The translations under genes were made by a program, and so were the position numbers. The notes under the pieces were generated by a model. It worked only from the letters and a program-made list of their open reading frames with translations. It was not told the DNA's origin and did not search any database. From an uncultured delta proteobacterium (GTDB lineage: Bacteria > Bdellovibrionota > FAC87 > UBA2466), in NCBI GenBank assembly GCA_963778115.1, contig CAVZSV010000004.1, positions 2,752,001-2,816,000 of the forward strand: a stretch of DNA of 64,000 nt. Direction: 5' to 3'. Below are positions 56,385-64,000 of this stretch, one piece after another (the stretch's first letter is position 1; each line of letters opens with the position of its first letter).

Positions 56385-57905
56385 TTGTCTTCATCCGCAG
56401 ACAAATCTCACTTCGAAAAAACGGTGGTGGTAGCGATTGGGCAGGCCGCGGGGTTTGCGTTTAGCTTTTTCATTCCCGTGTTTTTATCACGTCGACTCAG
56501 TATCGAGTCATACGGGACGTATAAGCAGATTATCCTTATCCAGTGGTTCTTTTTTATGACTCTGCATATGGGGCTCGATTTCGGCCTCTTTTACTTTATG
56601 AAACGCCATCCCAGAGAAGCACCGGTATTTTCTTTGAATGCTGTCATTAGCGAAATTGGGATAGCTTTTCTCGTCGCTATTGCGCTGTACGCTCTGCGCT
56701 ATCCGCTGGCCGCGGCTTTTCATAATCAAGATCTAGCGGGACTCGCGTCGATGCTAGGAGTGCTCATTATCTTCACCATTCCGGCGCAACATCTGGAGCA
56801 CTACCTCATGGTGATGGATAAGGTGAAGTACAACGTTCTTGTCTTTTCACTAAGCGAAGGATTAAAAGCGTTTGCGGTCTTTATCGGATTTTATTTTTTT
56901 CACTCTCTCGCTGTCGTGATTTTGCTGTTTGCCTTGGTGGGTGCACTTCGCTGTGGGCTGCTCATTGTCATGAATCTGATACTGATGCATCGGCGACAGA
57001 TTTCTCTTGGAGAATGTTTCCGCTTCTTGCCCAAGCAAGTCTCCTATGGATTGCCGCTGGGGGTTTCTCAAATCTTCTCCATTTTCTATAAAATGGACCG
57101 GTTCGTGATCGCGACGCTCTTTAATGTTCGACAGTTTACTTTGTACTCGGTAGGAAGCTTCGATATCCCTTTAGTTCCGAATGTCACTAACACGATGTCG
57201 GATCTCATGTCGTTCGACATGGTCATAGCGCACACCCGCTCAGAATTTGATCAGGTTAAATACCTTTGGCAGACGACTAAACGTAAGATTTCGCTTCTGC
57301 AACTGCCTATCGCCATCTTTCTTTTCTTTTTCTCAACGCAAGTTATCACCTTCATTTATTCAACAAAGTACCTGGAGAGTGCTCCTTACTTTCGAGTATT
57401 TATGCTTATATTCTTAGTAAGCAGTTTCGATTGTGACATTGTTTTTCGCACGTTTGCAGATAATCGGCGATTCCTCAAAATTCAAACGGCTTCGAGCGTG
57501 GGCGGACTTCTTATGACGATAGGCTTTGCTTATCTCTACGGCCCCATGGGCGCTATGATCGGAAAGTTAGTTGGCGATAGTATTTCTGTGGTGGTGAAGC
57601 TTTTTCTGGCGCGGAATCTGATGCGGCTTCATTGGAGTGATCTCTTTCTTTGGAAAGAGATCGTTATCATCTTGGAGGCGAGCTTAATATCGGCGATCCT
57701 AGCCAAAGGTGCCGTTGCACAGTTACCAAACACTCCCGCTATTCAAGTCGTCGCCGGACTTGGATGCTACGGATTGATTTTTGTGGGACTTTCATTCGCG
57801 TTTAAAGTGATTAAACCCGACGAGACGGACTATCTAAAATTTCAGTTGAAAGGATTTTGGCCCCTCCTGTCATTGCGAGCAGCGAAGCGACGCCGTAATC
57901 CGTAA
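56385..57905 (+). CDS. Polysaccharide flippase (Wzx/MOP family)
   Basis: Many TMs; LSR.L....YG.Y, YGLPLG and DRFVI motifs. Confidence 0.82.
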   Translation: MSSSADKSHFEKTVVVAIGQAAGFAFSFFIPVFLSRRLSIESYGTYKQIILIQWFFFMTLHMGLDFGLFYFMKRHPREAPVFSLNAVISEIGIAFLVAIALYALRYPLAAAFHNQDLAGLASMLGVLIIFTIPAQHLEHYLMVMDKVKYNVLVFSLSEGLKAFAVFIGFYFFHSLAVVILLFALVGALRCGLLIVMNLILMHRRQISLGECFRFLPKQVSYGLPLGVSQIFSIFYKMDRFVIATLFNVRQFTLYSVGSFDIPLVPNVTNTMSDLMSFDMVIAHTRSEFDQVKYLWQTTKRKISLLQLPIAIFLFFFSTQVITFIYSTKYLESAPYFRVFMLIFLVSSFDCDIVFRTFADNRRFLKIQTASSVGGLLMTIGFAYLYGPMGAMIGKLVGDSISVVVKLFLARNLMRLHWSDLFLWKEIVIILEASLISAILAKGAVAQLPNTPAIQVVAGLGCYGLIFVGLSFAFKVIKPDETDYLKFQLKGFWPLLSLRAAKRRRNP

Positions 57906-58007
57906 GGGAAACGAGCAAAGCCTGAGTGATGTCGAAGTCCGTATGTTCTACCGGTTGCTTCGTCGAGTCGCTTCCGCCTACGCCAATTCTCTTTGCAATG
58001 ACAGAGT

Positions 58008-59036
58008 TTACCGATTCCCCCACACCGGCGCACTCACAAAAAACAGATCGCTAACCATGCTCTTAAACGCCGCAAGTGCCGCAGGACTCGATGTGATGCT
58101 TAAGTCGTCGATCTCAGTAGCCTCCGTCCCCATTTTTTCATTCCAATAGCTGTAAGCTTTAAGCCGAGGCCAGCGGTTGGTTTTTAGAACTTGGTAAGCA
58201 TTGGAAATCCAGTTCGCTTTGCGGCTAGGATCATGCGGATCTTCGATAACACCCGTTTCAACCAGCGCGATGGGCTTATTTGGAGTGACCGTTGAGATTT
58301 CGGCATAAGCCGGATCCATAACGGCGACAAACTCGTCCCAGTAATCGGAATCTTGTTGGGCTCCCATGACACTAACTCCTATCCAATCGATATAGGAATC
58401 ACCGGGGTAATACTGCGCCATTTGGTTGGTCGATTCCGCTGGGTTGTCATTGCCGTTCATATGAAAGAACCAAGTGATATTCGTCGCTCCTTCTGCTCGG
58501 CAGATCGTAATGACGTGTTGGACCACCGAAGCATAAAGGGCGGGCCCATTGGGATAGTAGATTCCGCTCCATTGATTCCAAAACCCGTTTGGCTCTGGGC
58601 CAAACTCAGCCAAAATGGGAAATCCTAAAGCTTTCGCCCCTTGGGCCCAGTCTCGAATTTGATCGTCGAAGTCTCCCCTTAGAATCACGTCTAGTTTTAG
58701 AACGGGATCGATGGCGTCGGTCTCGGTAGGAACCGAACGGGGCAAGATACGGACAAAAGGGGTGCTACCCACTTGGTGAACGGCCATGGCATCGTCAGTG
58801 GGAAATTGGAGCGCCTGTCCCCATTCACTGAGCACAATGTCCCACACCGCAGATCTTGCGGCATCCGCGGTAAAGTCGTTGAGAGCCGTCGTAAGAGTCG
58901 CCGAGGAACTCTCGTCATAGGCGGCATAGACGCCTAAGTACACTCCTGAGGTGGGCGGGATAAGAACGCTGTCAGCAAAGGACGTGACTGAGAAGAAAAG
59001 GACGAAAAATAAAAGGCGATCCCATCTGGTTTTCAT
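58008..59036 (-). CDS. Secreted glycoside hydrolase family 26 (copy 2)
   Basis: G.FD, EPNGFW (acid/base), YYPGD.YIDW.G and KPIALVETG (nucleophile). Confidence 0.85.
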   Translation of the reverse strand: MKTRWDRLLFFVLFFSVTSFADSVLIPPTSGVYLGVYAAYDESSSATLTTALNDFTADAARSAVWDIVLSEWGQALQFPTDDAMAVHQVGSTPFVRILPRSVPTETDAIDPVLKLDVILRGDFDDQIRDWAQGAKALGFPILAEFGPEPNGFWNQWSGIYYPNGPALYASVVQHVITICRAEGATNITWFFHMNGNDNPAESTNQMAQYYPGDSYIDWIGVSVMGAQQDSDYWDEFVAVMDPAYAEISTVTPNKPIALVETGVIEDPHDPSRKANWISNAYQVLKTNRWPRLKAYSYWNEKMGTEATEIDDLSITSSPAALAAFKSMVSDLFFVSAPVWGNR

Positions 59037-59049
59037 GATCGCCTTTCGG

Positions 59050-59084
59050 AAAAAAAGAGGGCCCGAGAGTCCCGGGCCCTCTTT
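59050..59084 (-). terminator. Intrinsic terminator between the GH26 genes
   Basis: AAAGAGGGCCCG-GGACTCT-CGGGCCCTC followed by T7 on the minus strand. Confidence 0.8.
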
Positions 59085-59098
59085 AAGAGAATTCACTA

Positions 59099-60136
59099 CT
59101 AGCGGCTGAACCAAGAGGCCCCGGTGATAAACATCGGATCTTGGAACATCGCTTTGGCCGCAGCCAAAGCTTGTGGGCTCGAGTCGACGCGGAGATCATT
59201 TCCCTCTTCCGTCCATCCCGGCTCGCTCCAGTAGCTGAACGCTTTAATTCGAGGATAGTTGCCACTTCTCAAGGCGTTGTATCCGTCGGTAATCCATTGC
59301 GCTTTCGCGTTGGGATCGCTTAGCAGCTCGACAACCGTGGCTTCGACAATCGCAAGCGGCTTAGTGGTCGAGACGGCCGACATTTCGGCATAAGCCGGAT
59401 CGAGCAGGTCGGTGAAGCTGTCCCAGTAATCGGTTTGGTAAAGCGCCCCGTCGTTACTGATTCCTAACCAGTCGATATAGTTGTCACCGGGATAATAATT
59501 TACCATGGCATTGGCGGGTGTTGCCGGATTCGCAATCCCATTCATGTGGAATACCCAAGTGATGTTGTTGGCTCCCTCTTGACGGCAAATGTTGATGAAG
59601 CGTTGGTATGCGGTTGCCCAGAGCTGGGGTCCGTTGTCATAAAGAACGCCACTCCATTGGTACCAATTTCCGTTAGCTTCGGGAGCGAACTCCACCATAA
59701 TGGGAAAGGGAAGCTGACGAGCGACGTCGGCCCACTGGGTGAACTGGGCATCGAACGCTCCGTTGGCCATGGAATCCAAACGCAGGTAAGGGTCAATAGC
59801 GCCCGTCTCATAGTTTACGCTGCGGGGAAGGACTCGAATGAGAGGAGTGCTGCCGGCATTGTAAGCCGCGTAGGATTCATACCAAGGAAACTGCAAATTG
59901 CTTCCCCACTCGTTAATAACGATACTCCACGCCAGCCCCTTGCCCGTGGTGGACTCGTACGTTCCCAAATTATTCGTCAAGCTCTGGGCGTCTCCCGCCA
60001 GATAGTCAACATAAGCGCCCAAGTACATTCCGGTAGTGGGAGGTGCCAGTACGTACGAACCCGATTCGGAAAAACCCACTACTGGCGAAAGCGCCAGTAA
60101 CACCAATGCCATTTGCATGGCCTTTTTAATGTTCAT
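59099..60136 (-). CDS. Secreted glycoside hydrolase family 26 (copy 1)
   Basis: EANGNW, YYPGDNYIDW and KPLAIVE; GGAGGAG RBS; paralog of 58008..59036. Confidence 0.85.
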   Translation of the reverse strand: MNIKKAMQMALVLLALSPVVGFSESGSYVLAPPTTGMYLGAYVDYLAGDAQSLTNNLGTYESTTGKGLAWSIVINEWGSNLQFPWYESYAAYNAGSTPLIRVLPRSVNYETGAIDPYLRLDSMANGAFDAQFTQWADVARQLPFPIMVEFAPEANGNWYQWSGVLYDNGPQLWATAYQRFINICRQEGANNITWVFHMNGIANPATPANAMVNYYPGDNYIDWLGISNDGALYQTDYWDSFTDLLDPAYAEMSAVSTTKPLAIVEATVVELLSDPNAKAQWITDGYNALRSGNYPRIKAFSYWSEPGWTEEGNDLRVDSSPQALAAAKAMFQDPMFITGASWFSR

Positions 60137-60184
60137 TATCTCCTCCATACAATTTCTGAAATTCGTGACCCCACCCAAGAGTAG

Positions 60185-60200
60185 TGCATGGAGCGTGCCA
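60185..60200 (-). promoter_or_regulatory. sigma54 promoter of the GH26 pair
   Basis: TGGCACG-CTCC-ATGCA. Confidence 0.65.
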
Positions 60201-60350
60201 TAGCCGTCTATTACCCAGGACTGGGGATGAGAGGGTATGACTCACCGCTCTGGATCAGGGGTGGTGGAATTTTGTCCTCAACTTGGTACCAGGCCCCGGA
60301 AAAAAATTACCGGTGAGGAGAGTCGCTAAAACTGGTAAGACCGAGTCGGG

Positions 60351-61433
60351 ATGGCGAAACGGACACACACGCTTCACTTAGTAGAGTACTTGGCGCAAGG
60401 AGGTATCGAGCGCTTATTGGAGCAATTGGCAAGATACACTCCGTCCCATCGAGCAAAGCTCTCGTTTTTTTCGTACGAAACGGCCACCCTCGAAGGGATT
60501 GGGAAAGAGCTGGTCGATCTTGGAGTCCCCGTTATTACCTATAAAAAGAAAAAGGGATACGACCTGCGACTTTTGAAGAAGTTGGTCCAGGTCGTCCGCG
60601 CTCAAAAGATAACCGTCATTCACACTCACGACTTTGGTCCCATGGAATATGCAGTAGCTCTTAAGATTCGTTTTCCAAAGTTACGCCTCATTCACACGCA
60701 TCATACCTTGCACCACTTTTTGAAATTTCCCAAATATGTCATTTTCCTTCAGGCAGCGAGCCATCTTTATTACCAATTGATTGCGGTCTCTGAGCACGTA
60801 AAAGATCAGTTACAGGAGAGTTGTCCCTGGGTGAACTCCAATATCATTGTCATTCCGAATGGAATCGCACTTGACCATTTTAGTTCGAGTCGCGGACAGT
60901 CCGCGCCTAAGTTACGGTTGGTGAATGTTTCTCGAATCTCACCGGAAAAAAATTTGAAATATCTGCTTCAAACCTGTGCGCTTCTTAAGGCGGCCGGCAT
61001 CGATTTTGAATTTCACCATGCCGGCAGCGGTCCTAAAGATCTGCAAGACGAGATAGCCCACTTCATTTCCCTAAACGGCCTACAAAATGAGGTTCATCTT
61101 TATGGATTTCAAAACGATGTGCGCCCTATTTTGAAACGAGGAAATATCTTTGTCTCCAGTTCACTCTCTGAAGGACATCCCGTCGCCGTATTGGAAGCCA
61201 TGGCCAGCGGAAAGGCTTGTCTCATTAGCGATATCGAACCTCACCGAAATTTGGCGCCAGGGGCTGTAAAACTTTTTTCCTTATCGGACGAACAAGCTCT
61301 CGCCAAAGAGTTGATGGAGCTATTGAAAGATCCGAAATTGATTCTAAAACTCGCGCGGAAAGGGAAGTCCGAAGTGCGAAAGCACTTTGGGATTGAAAGA
61401 ATGGTGGAGAGTTACTGTGGGCTTTATGGGTAA
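60351..61433 (+). CDS. Glycosyltransferase family 4
   Basis: GGIE, VIPNGI, RISPEKN and EGHPVAVLEAMASG. Confidence 0.9.
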   Translation: MAKRTHTLHLVEYLAQGGIERLLEQLARYTPSHRAKLSFFSYETATLEGIGKELVDLGVPVITYKKKKGYDLRLLKKLVQVVRAQKITVIHTHDFGPMEYAVALKIRFPKLRLIHTHHTLHHFLKFPKYVIFLQAASHLYYQLIAVSEHVKDQLQESCPWVNSNIIVIPNGIALDHFSSSRGQSAPKLRLVNVSRISPEKNLKYLLQTCALLKAAGIDFEFHHAGSGPKDLQDEIAHFISLNGLQNEVHLYGFQNDVRPILKRGNIFVSSSLSEGHPVAVLEAMASGKACLISDIEPHRNLAPGAVKLFSLSDEQALAKELMELLKDPKLILKLARKGKSEVRKHFGIERMVESYCGLYG

Positions 61434-62496
61434 ACAGACGCTCTTTATCTCTGGGCTTCAGGTGTTTCCTCCTTTGTCCGGGGGACAAAAAAGAAGTGCA
61501 GCCGTTGCCCGACAATTGTCGGTGAATTCTCCCGTGGTCGTGTATTCGCTAACCGGAAGGAAGAAAGAATACCTTTCGGGAATTGCCTCTAGCTCTAATC
61601 AGGTCGCCCCCGAGCTGCAAGAGGTCGTCAATCGATCGAAGTTTTTCGGGCTCCTGCAATTTCTTGCCTATCGGTTAGGGCTTCCTCCTTTATGGACCAC
61701 TTGGGTGGCGCGGTTCCTTATTCCCAGAGATCTCAAAGCATTACTTGTAACTTCAGACCGAATTGTGATCGATCATCCGTACCTATATCCGCTACTCTCT
61801 AAAGTCGGCTATTCTAAAATTCTTAATACTCACAATGTTGAATTTCATTTATGGCGAGAGACGTGGCTTTCAAAAGTATTCTTGGCCCCTTTGGTGAAAA
61901 AAATAGAGGAGCGTGCCATCTCGCTTTCCGACGAAGTCTGGTGCTGTTCGCAAGAAGAAAAAAGAGTGCTTTCCGAAATGGGAAACCACAAAGTTCCCGT
62001 GGTCGTAATTCCCAATACAGTAGCTCCTATAGAAAAAAGACCTGAGTGGAGGAGCCTACTTCGTACCCAGTTGTTCTTAGAAGAGGATGCGAAAGTCATT
62101 CTGTTTACCGCGAGCCGGTATGCACCGAATGTGGACGCTTTCCGGTTCCTCGAAGACTTCTGTCGAAACCACTTCGAATTGCTCGAGGCTTTGAATGTTT
62201 ATTTTCTTGTGGTCGGCAGTGTCACTTCCTTGAAACGCGAGGGACGGCTCATCGCCACGGGCCCTGTTGAGGAGGTGGCTCCCTATTTCTCGGTGGCTGA
62301 CTGGGCTATCAATCCGGTGCTTACGGGTTCAGGTACCAGTGTCAAAATGGTGGAGTACCGGGAGGCTAACATCCCTATTCTCTCCACCCCTTTTGGAGCC
62401 CGGGGGCTGGGACTGTCCGAAGGGATTGACTTCATCCCCTTTCAACGCGAAGAGTTAGGAAGGGTTTTGATCGATAGGGTGGGGAAGGCAGTTTGA
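61426..62496 (+). CDS. Glycosyltransferase family 4-like
   Basis: FPP.SGG..R, HNVE, Y.PN and GSGTSVK..EY motifs. Confidence 0.8.
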   Translation: MGKQTLFISGLQVFPPLSGGQKRSAAVARQLSVNSPVVVYSLTGRKKEYLSGIASSSNQVAPELQEVVNRSKFFGLLQFLAYRLGLPPLWTTWVARFLIPRDLKALLVTSDRIVIDHPYLYPLLSKVGYSKILNTHNVEFHLWRETWLSKVFLAPLVKKIEERAISLSDEVWCCSQEEKRVLSEMGNHKVPVVVIPNTVAPIEKRPEWRSLLRTQLFLEEDAKVILFTASRYAPNVDAFRFLEDFCRNHFELLEALNVYFLVVGSVTSLKREGRLIATGPVEEVAPYFSVADWAINPVLTGSGTSVKMVEYREANIPILSTPFGARGLGLSEGIDFIPFQREELGRVLIDRVGKAV

Positions 62497-63359
62497 TCTC
62501 ACTACCAAGAATAGTTTTTCGTACGGCGCTCTTGTTATTTTTCACGATCTTCTCTTCGGGGGCCGCGGCCGAGGAGGCCATCAAGCAGACCGAGGCGGCT
62601 ACGGCTCCCACCGATTATCAGAAGGTCTATTTCTCATACTTTGGAATGTATCAGGGGCCCGGACTTTCTCAGCCCTTGGGGAGTGGCGCTATCGATAGCA
62701 GCACGCTGACTTCTCAAAATGAACAGAATTTACAGAGTCAGTTCAAAGTAGATTATTTTCTCACGCCCGAAGTCTTTGTGGGAGCAGTCTTAAATTTTCA
62801 GGTCAATCCCTTGGGAGGGACGGCATTTCAAATGCTCGATAGCGGATTTCGGGTTGGCCATCAAAAGCTCATTCACACGGAGCATTTTAACTTGATGGCC
62901 GACTTTCGGGTAACTGCCCCGCTTAAGCCATACAATATCAACAACGACGAATGGATCGATTTTCAAAGTTTGCAGGTCCTGACCTACCGAATTCCCAAAA
63001 CTAAATTCACTTTAGGAGCCGTAGGTTTTCATACGCTCCAACTCTATGGCAATGGCCTTGTGAGCAGGCCTTCTAATGACCCCTCGAGTGCCATAGACCT
63101 GACGCTTTTTTTCGGTCCTTATGTTTCTTATCATCTCACTGACAGAGTGGCGGCTTTGGTGTCGTATGAATTACATCCGTACCATCGCGTCGGCGCTTCT
63201 TGGGATACTTGGGCCGCGGACCCCGCCGATCTCGCTCCTGGAATTAGCTGGGATATTACCGGAGATGTGAACTTACAGGCGCAAGTTCTCATGTATCCCA
63301 GCCATTTTAGTTTCGACACTTTGGGAACCATGATCTATCTGTATTGGCAAATTATATAG
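62493..63359 (+). CDS. Hypothetical exported, probable outer-membrane beta-barrel protein
   Basis: Signal peptide, alternating aromatic strands, C-terminal YLYWQII. Confidence 0.55.
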   Translation: MISLPRIVFRTALLLFFTIFSSGAAAEEAIKQTEAATAPTDYQKVYFSYFGMYQGPGLSQPLGSGAIDSSTLTSQNEQNLQSQFKVDYFLTPEVFVGAVLNFQVNPLGGTAFQMLDSGFRVGHQKLIHTEHFNLMADFRVTAPLKPYNINNDEWIDFQSLQVLTYRIPKTKFTLGAVGFHTLQLYGNGLVSRPSNDPSSAIDLTLFFGPYVSYHLTDRVAALVSYELHPYHRVGASWDTWAADPADLAPGISWDITGDVNLQAQVLMYPSHFSFDTLGTMIYLYWQII

Positions 63360-63368
63360 GAGTATGAC

Positions 63369-64000
63369 TTGGATCCACGACTTAAGAACGCGCTAAAAAA
63401 AATTAGGGGCGAGGGTTACAGACTGGTTCATCCGGGGAAGGCGAAGTACCTTTGTCCGGTGTGCGACTATCGAGGTCCTTTCATGACGGCCAAAGATCCT
63501 ACTGGCAACAGGCTGGATGCGATTTGCCCTTCGTGCTCTTCTGCTGAGCGCCATCGCTTACAGTGGTTGGTGTTGGATACTCTTCCCGAACGATCTCGAT
63601 TTTCTGAAATGCATATTCTGCACTGCGCGCCCGAAGCAGCCATGCAAAAAAGACTAAAACGTCTCTTTGGCAAATATAGTTCCGCCGATTTGCTAGATCC
63701 CTCCGTGGATTTTCGACTAGACTTGCGCAAGATTCCTTTCCCGAAGGAGAGTTTTGACGTCATCTTTGCTTCACACGTTTTGGAGCATATTCCTGAAGAC
63801 GGACTTGCTATCAAAGAGATTCGTCGAGTACTTCGTCCCAATGGCCTAGCCATTTTGCCAGTACCTGTCGTAAATCAAACGACGATAGATTATTCCGAGC
63901 CAAATCAAAAGGAATGGGATCATGTGAGAGCACCTGGTTTAGATTATTTCGACAGATATAAATCCCACTTCGCGCGGGTCCAGACCTACACTTCGCAAGA
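63369..64000 (+). CDS. Class I SAM-dependent methyltransferase with CPxC motifs (3'-partial; absent from the ORF track)
   Basis: AGGAG RBS plus TTG; CPVC..CPSC.S.ERHR, ILHCAPE and FD.I..SHVLEHI..EIRRVLRPNG. Confidence 0.85.
   Translation, partial: MDPRLKNALKKIRGEGYRLVHPGKAKYLCPVCDYRGPFMTAKDPTGNRLDAICPSCSSAERHRLQWLVLDTLPERSRFSEMHILHCAPEAAMQKRLKRLFGKYSSADLLDPSVDFRLDLRKIPFPKESFDVIFASHVLEHIPEDGLAIKEIRRVLRPNGLAILPVPVVNQTTIDYSEPNQKEWDHVRAPGLDYFDRYKSHFARVQTYTSQ

Noticed and set aside
1..64000. CRISPR arrays, IS/transposases, integrases, prophage, rRNA/tRNA
   Set aside because: No regularly spaced repeats or diagnostic protein or RNA motifs seen by eye

Overview
Chromosomal segment (about 50% GC by eye) most consistent with a predatory Bdellovibrionota-type bacterium. 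This assignment is inferred from a complete 'hit-locus'-like Tad/Flp pilus cluster with a Bd0109-like RHS gene, and from several sigma54 promoters. In order, the window holds: an alpha/beta hydrolase fragment; a ~600-nt ORF-poor, G-run-rich interval bracketed by a sigma54 promoter and a terminator (candidate new sRNA); a PLP enzyme and a GT2; the prs-rplY-pth-ychF block; a fused NfnAB/GltD-PyrK-like flavo-FeS protein with a thioredoxin-like ferredoxin; the Tad cluster; an S41 protease; a DUF5679 microprotein; a PP2C/HATPase/STAS/diguanylate-cyclase partner-switch operon; RluA, TatD and TcdA; a signal-peptide-bearing release-factor-like protein lacking the GGQ domain; pnuC-nadR; a nitroreductase; GH66; a sigma54-controlled Kdp system with split KdpD and two porins; clostripain; mgtC with a Pro-rich leader peptide; an S10 peptidase; an LRR protein; and the start of a polysaccharide locus (flippase, 2x GH26, 2x GT4, methyltransferase). 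I recognised no rRNA, tRNA, CRISPR array, transposase or prophage. All family calls come from motif recognition by eye, not from database searches.
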